Source: a virus (Duplodnaviria; Heunggongvirae; Uroviricota; Caudoviricetes). Taken from it: 64,000 bases of DNA. Under the pieces are notes generated by a model. It made no database searches, was not told where the DNA came from, and saw nothing but the letters and a program-made list of their open reading frames with translations. The translations under genes and the position numbers were made by a program. Within the stretch, counting starts at the first letter, position 1, and every line of letters starts with the position of its first letter. The stretch is taken from the IMG/VR virus record IMGVR_UViG_3300034022_000539, one strand, 5' to 3'. This document shows positions 27,243 to 36,192 of the stretch, piece by piece.

Positions 27243-27797
27243 TCAAATATCATAGTTTTGTGTTAGATAATAATGATTAGCTATTAGTTCTTTATAAAAA
27301 TCATTGGAAACTATCTCTATATAGTCACATGGATTTACATAGTTACCTTGTCGTTGAATATAACTTTCACAGATATAATTCTCTTTAAGAAAATCTAATC
27401 TTAAGTTACCTTCAAAAACCTCTTGTACCTTTTTAACACTTAAATTATTTAATTGTAATTCTTTAATTGATTCAAAATCTCTTCTTAGATTATTAACAAA
27501 AATTGCATGTTTGGATTCTTTTTGAGTTTTTAAATCTTTTAAATACACATTAAATGATAGTAAACGTTGTATACTTTCTACTCCAGTACCGCAATCACAA
27601 TCAGGATCGAAATATTGATAAGGAAATTCATTTGTGATATATGCTTTTAACTCAGCTATGTCTTTAAATCTTAAACTGGTTTTTGTACCATAGAAAGCTT
27701 GTCTATTAAATAAAATTTCAGTGACTCTACCGTCATTGTCATTTACATATTTAAGAGCTTTGTAAGCAGATACTAAAGAGATTCTATCAAATATCAT
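27243..27797 (-). CDS. hypothetical protein (184 aa)
   Basis: Long ORF with 4-nt overlap coupling to the upstream gene. Confidence 0.6.
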   Translation of the reverse strand: MIFDRISLVSAYKALKYVNDNDGRVTEILFNRQAFYGTKTSLRFKDIAELKAYITNEFPYQYFDPDCDCGTGVESIQRLLSFNVYLKDLKTQKESKHAIFVNNLRRDFESIKELQLNNLSVKKVQEVFEGNLRLDFLKENYICESYIQRQGNYVNPCDYIEIVSNDFYKELIANHYYLTQNYDI

Positions 27798-28180
27798 TTT
27801 TTAAATGTATTAGTTATCATATAAGCTATTACACCTACAGTTGTTGTAAATATTGTCCAAAAGATTTTAACAAAGCCAGTTTTCCACTTCAAAAGATCTC
27901 TATGCTCTTCTTGAAGTTTTTCTAGTTCTTTTTGTTTTCTTTCCCATTCATGTCTAAACTCAGTATTCTTTCTGATCTCAACAATAACACCATCATAAGG
28001 ATTTAGTAATCTTTGTTTAAGATCACCAATATCATCTTTCATGCTATTTTGATTATCGATAAGTTGTTTAATGGATCCTTCTAATTGAACATAATTTGGA
28101 TCTTCCATTTTATGTTTAAGTGCAGAGAATGCTTCGAGTAATTCTCTAACTAATTCGCTATTTGATCTGTTGTCTGACAT
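27794..28180 (-). CDS. hypothetical protein with C-terminal TM anchor (128 aa)
   Basis: ORF with a hydrophobic C-terminus WTIFTTTVGVIAYMI. Confidence 0.6.
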   Translation of the reverse strand: MSDNRSNSELVRELLEAFSALKHKMEDPNYVQLEGSIKQLIDNQNSMKDDIGDLKQRLLNPYDGVIVEIRKNTEFRHEWERKQKELEKLQEEHRDLLKWKTGFVKIFWTIFTTTVGVIAYMITNTFKK

Positions 28181-28187
28181 TGCTATA

Positions 28188-28916
28188 TTATTGTTTTTTT
28201 GCTGCTAGTTGTTCTTGAATCCAACGTTTACCTAATGGATTTTGAACTGGTGTACCCAAGTTTCTGTTAATTTGCTTTTCGGCTTGATCTAATAGATCTT
28301 CACCATATGCTGAATTATCAACAATTAACATTTTATCAGATCCAAATAGTTTTTGAAAGTGACCTAAGTTATTTTGAACTTCTTTCCACATTTTTTCAAC
28401 CATTTTATCTTCTAACTTTCTTTCTCTCATTTGATTTCGCTCTAATGCAACTTCTAATGATGTATTAACGAAAACCATATATGTATCATAACCTAAGTTT
28501 TGATAAATATCTCTAGTTTTACTAATCTTATCAAAATCTTTACCAGTTCCATCAATTACTTGACCTAATCTAGAATTTAAATAGTTATTTTGAAGTCCTC
28601 TGGTCAAGTTTTTAGCTTTATCTCTAATAACCATAACTTCAGCCCATTTTTCAGGATCTTTTGCTAAATCTGCAAGATCTCCTGCATTATATCCAGCATC
28701 TTTTAAGCCTTTTTCGAATGCATTATCGTTATTAACTAATTTAAGTCCAGTTGCATAAGACACTGAACCTACTTTTCCTTTTGGAAAATCAAAAAGTTCT
28801 GTTGCAACATAAGATTTACCACTTCCTGGTCCACCTGCCATAAAGAATGCCTTAAGGATTCCTGGATCATATACGCCCTCGCTTACAAATTCTTCAAATA
28901 ATTTGATATATTTCAT
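28188..28916 (-). CDS. leader-family P-loop nucleotide kinase-like protein (242 aa; MKYIKLFEEFVSEG...MAGGPGSGKSYVA)
   Basis: N-terminal leader plus a Walker A motif GGPGSGKS 25 aa in. This is the adenylate/dNMP-kinase-like arrangement. Confidence 0.7.
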   Translation of the reverse strand: MKYIKLFEEFVSEGVYDPGILKAFFMAGGPGSGKSYVATELFDFPKGKVGSVSYATGLKLVNNDNAFEKGLKDAGYNAGDLADLAKDPEKWAEVMVIRDKAKNLTRGLQNNYLNSRLGQVIDGTGKDFDKISKTRDIYQNLGYDTYMVFVNTSLEVALERNQMRERKLEDKMVEKMWKEVQNNLGHFQKLFGSDKMLIVDNSAYGEDLLDQAEKQINRNLGTPVQNPLGKRWIQEQLAAKKQ

Positions 28917-28956
28917 GATTATAAATTTATTTATATACTATATATCAAAATAAAAA

Positions 28957-28982
28957 AGGAGGTAACTTTAAAAGTACCTCCT
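28957..28982. terminator. bidirectional terminator AGGAGGTA-actttaaaag-TACCTCCT flanked by A6 and T-runs
   Basis: A perfect 8-bp stem. The minus-strand sense is followed by TTTTTTATTTT. Confidence 0.7.
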
Positions 28983-29007
28983 TTGAAATATTATTTAATA
29001 TATCTAA

Positions 29008-29385
29008 CTATTTTGCTATAAAAGCCGAAGTTGTTTTTTCACCATTTCTTAAAAGATTAGCAACTCTAGAATATCCATCTAATAAAACACCATCAACGAC
29101 AACTATTTCTAATGAAAGATCTCTTGGACTTACATCGTCATCAGTGTAACGTTCTTCTCCTGAATCATAATATTCTTTAAAATCAGGATCGGTTTTTAAT
29201 AAAGACTTCATATCAAAATCATCTACGTTTGCAAATGTTCTACCAACAATATCTTTTTTAAATCCATTTGGAATATTTTCTTTTTCAGGTGTAATATCTT
29301 TAATATGTCTCCATACTTCTGATCCCTTTAAATCATTATATTCATTTAAATTGTTGTAGTCTTCATATGTTTTAACGTGTCTCAT
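29008..29385 (-). CDS. leader-related protein (125 aa; MRHVKTYEDYNNLNEY...), divergent leader
   Basis: The N-terminus keeps M-[KR]-H-[VI]-K-x-[FY]-E-[DE]-[FY]. Confidence 0.55.
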   Translation of the reverse strand: MRHVKTYEDYNNLNEYNDLKGSEVWRHIKDITPEKENIPNGFKKDIVGRTFANVDDFDMKSLLKTDPDFKEYYDSGEERYTDDDVSPRDLSLEIVVVDGVLLDGYSRVANLLRNGEKTTSAFIAK

Positions 29386-29405
29386 AATCTAATGTACTTT
29401 TGTTA

Positions 29406-31841
29406 TTATCTTGGCCAAAGCATTACTGTTCCTGGATCTGCAAATTGACCATACCATCCACACTTATCTAAAAATTTAGCAAGATCTTTGTGAATACCTT
29501 GTGGAAATTTAGATCCTCCATGGTAATAGTTAAACATTTCATCTTTCGCATTTGGCATTAATAAACCGTCGTTACCACCTAACCAAATACCACCTTCTTC
29601 ACCGTCAAACTCTTCCGAATTTTTTACGAAACTAAGACCATATTTAGTAACCATTACGTTTTTCATTTCTACTCTTGATAAAATCTTAGCTTCATTCAAG
29701 TACTTAGATTCCTGTAAAGAATGCTCGTTAACAATAGACTCATCAACCTTAATTCCTCTTTTCTTAAGAAGTTTTTCAATTTCTTGATATGCTTTCTTAT
29801 AATCTGCTTTTGGATATTCAAATCCTTTTAACCAATTAGCATATCCACTTAATGCGTCATCATACATTTTCTTTAGATCTTCATCAGATGTTGAATTACT
29901 AAAGAAAAATGGTCCTACAAATGCCTCGTCAATAGAACCTGACATTAATTTATATTTCCATGATTTTAGTTTCTTTTCTAATTCAGCTTTATCTTCTGCT
30001 TCAAAATCAAACTCATCATTGTAACCATAGTATCCTTTACCACGTTTTTCAATGTAAGTTAATCCATCTTCACCGTCGTAGATTGCAATTTCTCTATCGT
30101 TATTATAAGTACCTTCTAAGATCTTTACACGTACGATGTCTTTTTTGGCAATACTATCTCCGTTAAAAACTAAATCATTATACATTTTACCAACAGAACC
30201 TTTAATTCCTTTTTTGGACTTTGTATCGATTGATAATACTTTATTAGTTCTGCTAAAATAATCTAACATATCGTAATCAAGATCTTTAGCATCTACTGTT
30301 TCGCCAGGACCTGGAAAGTTTTCATCTAAAGATTCAGTTTGAAAATGATTTCTATTAATCTTATTCAAATAATTTAATTCTTCGTCATTTAATTTAGTTG
30401 CAACTAATGATCTAAATTTACCACGTTGTTGAGAAGGCGTAAGCTTCATAAATTCAACAATATCTTTGTCATCTTTAATTTTATCAATGATTGATTTTAC
30501 AGCTTTATCAGATTTTCTTTTTTGCCACCAATTTTTTAAATCTTCAATTGGAGTAGTACCACCACCTGCACTTATTTTATTACCTAATAATGCTAATTGT
30601 CCCATAACCATGGCAGATTGCATTAGTATTAAAAATGTGGTTGCAGCATCTTCATTAATTGTAGATTCTAACATTTCTTCTTGCTCTGGAAAGTTTAAAC
30701 TTTTACCAGCTGCAACTTGAATACCCGTAGCACCTCTTAATGAAACTCTTAAATTGAATTTATCTCCATTTTCATTTTCAGCTTCAAAATCTCTAGTTGC
30801 TCCAGTTTTTGAACCAAATCCAGTTATTGTGTAAGTTCCTTTTTGAGTTTTAATTTTGTTTCCAATTTTAAAACCATTTGCCATTTTAGGACTAATCATT
30901 CCTTCAACTAATTTCACCAATTTCGAATCGATCCATTCTTCACTAGAACCATCCCATCTAATTAGAGATTTATTAGCTCTAGTTTTTACTAACTCACCAG
31001 TTCCTTGTAATTCACCTTTAGTATCATAAACATGTACTAACTCAACTGCTTCATCGATTGATTCATCACCGAATCTATAACCACTAAACATGTTTTTAGC
31101 TTTTACAAGATCATCTTGTGTACCCGTTCCTTGATATAATATTTTACAACTATCAGAATAGTTTTTTGCGTCACTTAGAACTTCTCTTACATCTGCTGCT
31201 CCAATTGCAATATAACCCGCACTGGTTGAATTTCCAGGATTTGTATATAAAACAAATTTTTGTTTTTTAGCTTCATTAAGGGTTGATTCTAACAATATTA
31301 ATCCAGCTGCCTTTGCTTCATCTCGTAATTCATCAAATTCTTCTATATCACTTCCTTTGATATAATCTGTTAAACCTCTAAAATTTTTAAAGTTTAACTT
31401 CTGTATTATATTAGTATTGCTATTATAAATAGCTCTTAAAAAATCTTTAACACCAGCAGAACTTAAATGTAATTCATTTAAAGTTTCTTCAAGGCTAATT
31501 GATTCCAATACTTTAGAATTATCTTCAATAGCTTCTAATGTATCTGGCATTGTTCTAATTCCCACTCCGAATTTTTCATCCCATCTTTCAGATTTATATC
31601 CTGTACAATATTTGTCTTTAAGATCTTTATGATTTGCAAAAACACCACCTGGTAAATTAGTGATAATAGTACCCTTTGGTAAAACTACATTAATATAATT
31701 ACCAATCTTAGCATCTTTGACATCCTTCTTTAATTCGTATTTACGATTATCTAAAGTGGTGATAGTTCTACCGCTTGTTCCAGAAATCATTTGCTTTGAA
31801 ACTTCGCTTATGAATTCTTCAAATAATTTAACTTTCTTCAT
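29406..31841 (-). CDS. leader-family large protein (811 aa; MKKVKLFEEFISEVS...)
   Basis: N-terminal leader. The body was not recognised. Confidence 0.7.
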   Translation of the reverse strand: MKKVKLFEEFISEVSKQMISGTSGRTITTLDNRKYELKKDVKDAKIGNYINVVLPKGTIITNLPGGVFANHKDLKDKYCTGYKSERWDEKFGVGIRTMPDTLEAIEDNSKVLESISLEETLNELHLSSAGVKDFLRAIYNSNTNIIQKLNFKNFRGLTDYIKGSDIEEFDELRDEAKAAGLILLESTLNEAKKQKFVLYTNPGNSTSAGYIAIGAADVREVLSDAKNYSDSCKILYQGTGTQDDLVKAKNMFSGYRFGDESIDEAVELVHVYDTKGELQGTGELVKTRANKSLIRWDGSSEEWIDSKLVKLVEGMISPKMANGFKIGNKIKTQKGTYTITGFGSKTGATRDFEAENENGDKFNLRVSLRGATGIQVAAGKSLNFPEQEEMLESTINEDAATTFLILMQSAMVMGQLALLGNKISAGGGTTPIEDLKNWWQKRKSDKAVKSIIDKIKDDKDIVEFMKLTPSQQRGKFRSLVATKLNDEELNYLNKINRNHFQTESLDENFPGPGETVDAKDLDYDMLDYFSRTNKVLSIDTKSKKGIKGSVGKMYNDLVFNGDSIAKKDIVRVKILEGTYNNDREIAIYDGEDGLTYIEKRGKGYYGYNDEFDFEAEDKAELEKKLKSWKYKLMSGSIDEAFVGPFFFSNSTSDEDLKKMYDDALSGYANWLKGFEYPKADYKKAYQEIEKLLKKRGIKVDESIVNEHSLQESKYLNEAKILSRVEMKNVMVTKYGLSFVKNSEEFDGEEGGIWLGGNDGLLMPNAKDEMFNYYHGGSKFPQGIHKDLAKFLDKCGWYGQFADPGTVMLWPR

Positions 31842-32631
31842 TTGTTTTAAATGTTTTTATATGATTCTTTATTTCTTCTTCTTTTAATTCTTGATCCCAT
31901 TTTATAAAGAATATGGTTTCATATACATTATCTCCCATCATGTCATACATTGATTTGAGTTGTATTAATTCAAATTCTTCTTGATCTTTATCAGAATCTT
32001 TTAAATGGGATATTAATCCTCTGAAGTTATATATCTCGTTGTATTTAAGATCAGTCTCTTTGTAATTCATTATCTTGGAACCATAGTACTCCAAATGAAA
32101 TCCCAGCTCTTCTAAAGGCTTAATTAAATTTAACTTATGATTCTTAATGATACGCTTACTAGGCAGACCAGCGTTTCCATAAAAACAAATGGCTATCTGT
32201 TTAGACCATTTAGAAACCCAATCAGAACACACACCCACAACCTTATCGATGTTCGTGTCATTACATGAAATAGTATTAGAAGTGTATTGATTTGTGATAT
32301 TAGACCAAGGAATACCCTTAGAAGTTATTGTAATATTATCACTTTTGTTATAGAAGAAATTAAGAGATGGAGCATTCTCTAATAAAAAAGAAAACGTTTG
32401 AGTATCCATGCAATTAATCCATAGATATTCTAAACGTTTTATATTTGTAAGCCAATCCCAATCTATTTGGGTTTTTGGTCCATTTGCACCTAAAAAGAAT
32501 TTATTGTCTTGATACCAAAAATCTATTTTGACATTGTATCCTTGTTGAATTGCGAAATCTATATAATCTGGTGTATTTTCTAATAATACGTTAGGTCCTG
32601 TAATATTACCTTTGTTCGATATTAATAACAT
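31828..32631 (-). CDS. hypothetical protein (267 aa)
   Basis: Long ORF. Its start overlaps the end of the 811-aa gene. Confidence 0.6.
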   Translation of the reverse strand: MLLISNKGNITGPNVLLENTPDYIDFAIQQGYNVKIDFWYQDNKFFLGANGPKTQIDWDWLTNIKRLEYLWINCMDTQTFSFLLENAPSLNFFYNKSDNITITSKGIPWSNITNQYTSNTISCNDTNIDKVVGVCSDWVSKWSKQIAICFYGNAGLPSKRIIKNHKLNLIKPLEELGFHLEYYGSKIMNYKETDLKYNEIYNFRGLISHLKDSDKDQEEFELIQLKSMYDMMGDNVYETIFFIKWDQELKEEEIKNHIKTFKTNEES

Positions 32632-32644
32632 AAACGTTTATTAG

Positions 32645-32884
32645 TTATACATCTAAACTATCATGTGTTTCATTCTCTTTACGCTTTAATTGCCAGCGAA
32701 ATAATATGGATAGCCCAAAGAACGACGCCGCAATAAAATACATAACGAAATTGGCGCGCCAAAGACTTCCAGTCGTCTGGATCAACCAGTACTGAATTAC
32801 GTCGAACCCAAGCGGATTGAAAAATAGGGCTACCATCATGCTCCATGTTGATAGACGGCTTTTTAGTTTTTTCGTTATACTCAC
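32645..32884 (-). CDS. small membrane protein (79 aa), in a locally GC-richer segment
   Basis: Two overlapping candidate frames exist (32645-32884 and 32679-32900). The frame with TM-like hydrophobic helices was chosen. The segment 32690-32830 has atypical GC content. Confidence 0.35.
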   Translation of the reverse strand: MSITKKLKSRLSTWSMMVALFFNPLGFDVIQYWLIQTTGSLWRANFVMYFIAASFFGLSILFRWQLKRKENETHDSLDV

Positions 32885-32901
32885 GACTGTCTGCTTCCAT
32901 A

Positions 32902-33867
32902 TTAGTTAATATACATATTCAATTCAAATTTATCGTTTCCTCTATTATAAATTTGAACATGTAAAGATTTCTTTTGTTCCTTATCGTTTTTAAAAAGTGT
33001 TAAGGTATCTTTTTTGGTTTTACCATCATTTGGTTTAAAGAATGCATCTATATAAGCATCACCGTATTCTTTAGGATCTAATGTATATCCTTGAGAATTA
33101 GCATATATTTCAACTGCATTAATAGCTGAGGAATAGAGATTGTGATAAACTGGATAGTCATCTTTCTTCTCATTAACTACGCTTTCTTTTAAACCTAATT
33201 CTTTGTGTAATACTGACATGAATGGTCCAAAATTATGTGTACCGTATTCATCGATCAATACCTTAGCAACTGCTAATGCAAAATCAGTGTATGACAAAGA
33301 GTCATCAATTTTAATAATTGCTGAATCAATTCCTTTTGCTAATGCATCAGAATTTTTAGATTCACTAATATAAACGAATTTATCGCCTTTGAATGCTTTA
33401 TTTAAATCTTTAAGTAAATCTTCTGGTCCAGTGTGTTCTGCTGTTGAAAACCATTTACCTCTGTATTGAAAATCTCCATCATAATCAACTTTAACCATAC
33501 CATCATCTGAGAATATAAATGCATTTTCATCATCTTCCCAATCAACTGTGATTTTCTTTTCTTTAATACCATCAACACCATCCATTGCATCATGAACTGC
33601 GTTTAGATTGTCCACCGCTCCAGTGATTTGAGAAAACATCCAAGATTCTAATTTTTGACCGCCTTTCATGCGATCTCCGATCATTTCAGCATAATCTTCA
33701 ATTCTTTCTAATTGACCTAAAGTCATATTATTTAATTCAGTAAGAGTATCACCTTCTTCAGTAATTGATTTTTCTGACATATAAAATGCAGCATACTGTT
33801 CTCTTGACATATTCTGCTGAGAAGCAGCAATATTTAGATAATCGTCGAATAATTTAACTATTTTCAT
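32902..33867 (-). CDS. leader-family protein (321 aa; MKIVKLFDDYLNIAAS...)
   Basis: Divergent but recognisable leader. Confidence 0.65.
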   Translation of the reverse strand: MKIVKLFDDYLNIAASQQNMSREQYAAFYMSEKSITEEGDTLTELNNMTLGQLERIEDYAEMIGDRMKGGQKLESWMFSQITGAVDNLNAVHDAMDGVDGIKEKKITVDWEDDENAFIFSDDGMVKVDYDGDFQYRGKWFSTAEHTGPEDLLKDLNKAFKGDKFVYISESKNSDALAKGIDSAIIKIDDSLSYTDFALAVAKVLIDEYGTHNFGPFMSVLHKELGLKESVVNEKKDDYPVYHNLYSSAINAVEIYANSQGYTLDPKEYGDAYIDAFFKPNDGKTKKDTLTLFKNDKEQKKSLHVQIYNRGNDKFELNMYIN

Positions 33868-33881
33868 GATTTGTATTTTAT

Positions 33882-34220
33882 TTAATATTCAAATGGTGGT
33901 GTACCATAATCAGCACGTTTAACAGCATACCAAACTCGACCTACTCTGAAATACCAGAATGTTGGTGTGTCAATGATATAGTGTTGTCCTTTAATAGTTA
34001 CGTCTTTGTAACCACCTCTTGTAAAGTTCTTTGTTACAGGAACTCCGTCGTCCCATGTTTTATCAGTAGATTGTGCTTTGAAAGTTTTACCACTAAAGGT
34101 TGCTAAATAAATTTCTGCAGGTTTACCTTCTGATTTTTCGTCTTTAGTAAAAGCTTCTAAACCGATTGGCATTTCATTACCTTCGTTTACGAATTCTTCA
34201 AATAATTTAGTGTGTTTCAT
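33882..34220 (-). CDS. leader-family protein (112 aa; MKHTKLFEEFVNEGN...)
   Basis: N-terminal leader. Confidence 0.65.
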   Translation of the reverse strand: MKHTKLFEEFVNEGNEMPIGLEAFTKDEKSEGKPAEIYLATFSGKTFKAQSTDKTWDDGVPVTKNFTRGGYKDVTIKGQHYIIDTPTFWYFRVGRVWYAVKRADYGTPPFEY

Positions 34221-34408
34221 TTGTAATCTTGTTTTTCACGAGGTTGTCTCTTTCTTAAATTAATTTCGTCTCTTAATTCTTTGATCCTATCTTTGATAAT
34301 CATAATTCTATAATTATGCCATTTTCTAACTATAAAACATTTAGATTTATTTGCTTCTAAGTTTTCTAGTTCGGATTCAAAAAATTTAACCAATTTAAAG
34401 AGTGCCAC
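34217..34408 (-). CDS. small basic protein (63 aa)
   Basis: ORF with a 4-nt overlap to the downstream gene. Confidence 0.4.
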   Translation of the reverse strand: MALFKLVKFFESELENLEANKSKCFIVRKWHNYRIMIIKDRIKELRDEINLRKRQPREKQDYK

Positions 34409-34421
34409 CGTGTGTATTGTT

Positions 34422-34760
34422 TTATTGTTTTTCGTTAGCTCTGCACCAAACTACTGCATCTTTTGGAGTTTTTAACTCTTCATCATATCCACTTAAGTCA
34501 TAAATACCTAAGATAGTTTGACCATCGTCATTTAAATAGAATGAAAATTCTTCCATGTCACCTTCGTGTCTTGGAGCTTCAGATTCTAATCCATTTGCAA
34601 AGTGTACAATATGTGGAAATTCTTCTTGATCGTCATGTCCCCAAATAAGTTTTTCTACATTTTTGGCTTTAGCAAGTTCTTTAAATAATTTTACTAAAAT
34701 CTCTGGTTTAGGTGATTTAGCTTCATTTAAGAATTCTTCGAATAATTTAGTGTGTTTCAT
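34422..34760 (-). CDS. leader-family protein (112 aa; MKHTKLFEEFLNEAK...)
   Basis: N-terminal leader. Confidence 0.65.
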   Translation of the reverse strand: MKHTKLFEEFLNEAKSPKPEILVKLFKELAKAKNVEKLIWGHDDQEEFPHIVHFANGLESEAPRHEGDMEEFSFYLNDDGQTILGIYDLSGYDEELKTPKDAVVWCRANEKQ

Positions 34761-34766
34761 AATATC

Positions 34767-35096
34767 TTATTTATATTCTTTTTCGTATTTAGCTTTTAAT
34801 TCTTCCCAAGCTGCTTTGTATTTAGCAGGAATTTTAGAAGGTTCATAAATTCTTGAATTTGATCTTTTGCTTGATCCTACTTTATAGTTTGAACCAGTGT
34901 ATTGTTCCATGAATTCATCTCCAACTTTTTTATCACCATCAGCTTTAACATAAATACCATATGTGATAAATGTATCACCGTCTAAGTGACCTTCTAAAAT
35001 ATCACAACAAGGATTATGATCCTTGTTAGAATTAAATTTAAAGTCAATGAATTTACCTTCGTTGATAAATTGTTCAAATAGTTTAATGTGTTTCAT
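34767..35096 (-). CDS. leader-family protein (109 aa; MKHIKLFEQFINEGK...)
   Basis: N-terminal leader. Only 5 nt separate it from the upstream stop. Confidence 0.65.
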   Translation of the reverse strand: MKHIKLFEQFINEGKFIDFKFNSNKDHNPCCDILEGHLDGDTFITYGIYVKADGDKKVGDEFMEQYTGSNYKVGSSKRSNSRIYEPSKIPAKYKAAWEELKAKYEKEYK

Positions 35097-35101
35097 AATT
35101 A

Positions 35102-35371
35102 TTAAATTAATTTTGCTTTTGCTAATTTTGCTTTTAAAAGTTTACCAACTCTAGATTCAATTCCAGGAGATCTAAAAGAACCACCTATTTCGTTAGCTTC
35201 TTTTTTAATTAAAGTGATTAAGTCATCGATAGCAACTTCAACGTTAGCCATTAAATCTTCTTCTCTTGCTTCTTCGTCATCTGAAATAGTACCATCAGAT
35301 TTCTTTTCAGTAATCGTCTTAGGTAATTCAATTTTATTTGCGAAAGCTTCGAAAGGTTTTGCGTATTTCAT
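35102..35371 (-). CDS. leader-related protein (89 aa; MKYAKPFEAFANKIE...)
   Basis: Divergent leader. Confidence 0.55.
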   Translation of the reverse strand: MKYAKPFEAFANKIELPKTITEKKSDGTISDDEEAREEDLMANVEVAIDDLITLIKKEANEIGGSFRSPGIESRVGKLLKAKLAKAKLI

Positions 35372-35404
35372 ACTATAAATATTTTTTTAATTATATTATA
35401 TATC

Positions 35405-35992
35405 TTAATTAAAAAGCTCTTTTAGTTTTTCGTTTTTTATCATATTTGTTACAGCTAATTCATAATTACTAGCCTCTGCATAATTTGCACCCAAATAACT
35501 TAAATATTGTTCTTCTGTATTAAGGTCTCTAAGATAAGCTGATTGAAATATTGCATAATCTAAGATTGATTCTTTCCAATTATCGTAATAAGCATGACCT
35601 AAATTAGTTCCACGTGCAGTAGTAGTTCTTTGTTTAGCTTCTTTCATACCAAACAAATTATTATTAGATCTAAAGATATTACTTTGAAAATGGCCGCTTT
35701 CTATAAGAGCTTGAGCTAATACAATATGTGGGTATTTTACATTAAGTCGCTTAAGTTCTTCTACCACAGCTTCTTTTGAAAACTCATTCTTGGATATTTC
35801 ATTAACTATTAAGACTTTTTGTTCATATGACATGTTAGTCATGGATTTAGCGGAAGCTTTCTGTGTGGCCACATTGTATGTGGTATAATAAGTAATGCCT
35901 AAGAAGAGCAAAGATGCTCCTATGGCTTTAAGCATTTTTCGGGGATTAATTCGTTTAAAAGTTAACGAGTCTTTACAATAAGTGTATAACAT
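35405..35992 (-). CDS. membrane-anchored peptidoglycan hydrolase, mannosyl-glycoprotein endo-beta-N-acetylglucosaminidase (FlgJ-like glucosaminidase) domain; 195 aa
   Basis: An N-terminal TM/signal-anchor (LLFLGITYYTTY) is followed by LAQALIESGHFQSNIFRSNNNLFGMKE, the glucosaminidase signature. Confidence 0.7.
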   Translation of the reverse strand: MLYTYCKDSLTFKRINPRKMLKAIGASLLFLGITYYTTYNVATQKASAKSMTNMSYEQKVLIVNEISKNEFSKEAVVEELKRLNVKYPHIVLAQALIESGHFQSNIFRSNNNLFGMKEAKQRTTTARGTNLGHAYYDNWKESILDYAIFQSAYLRDLNTEEQYLSYLGANYAEASNYELAVTNMIKNEKLKELFN

Positions 35993-36107
35993 AGTTTTAA
36001 ATTTAATTGGTTAATATTGTTAATGTACACGAAAAAAACGACATAAAAAACTATTTATCGTTTATTTTCAATTTATTCATACTATTTATATGAAAGCTTC
36101 TAATTTT

Positions 36108-36131
36108 GTTTTAATTATAGAGCTAATATAC
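36108..36131 (-). promoter_or_regulatory. promoter cassette on minus strand (GTATATTAGCTCTATAATTAAAAC)
   Basis: Reverse complement matches the plus-strand cassette at 6477. Confidence 0.65.
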
Positions 36132-36139
36132 AAAAAAAA

Positions 36140-36161
36140 GCCCAAACTAAAAAATTTGGGC
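36140..36161 (-). terminator. rho-independent terminator GCCCAAA-ttttttag-TTTGGGC + T8
   Basis: A 7-bp stem followed by an 8-T run (minus-sense), downstream of the 1192-aa gene. Confidence 0.8.
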
Positions 36162-36170
36162 TTAATTATT

Positions 36171-36192
36171 TTCATAAAAGTTGCGAACAATT
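36171..36192 (-). promoter_or_regulatory. TTGTTCGCAAC upstream box (variant of TTGTTCGTAAC) + TTTTATGAA
   Basis: Same module order as on the plus strand. Confidence 0.45.

Noticed and set aside
32679-32900. 73-aa ORF overlapping 32645-32884 in another frame
   Set aside because: Only one of the two overlapping frames can be real. The alternative frame has TM helices and a start better placed after the upstream gene. The call is left as low confidence.
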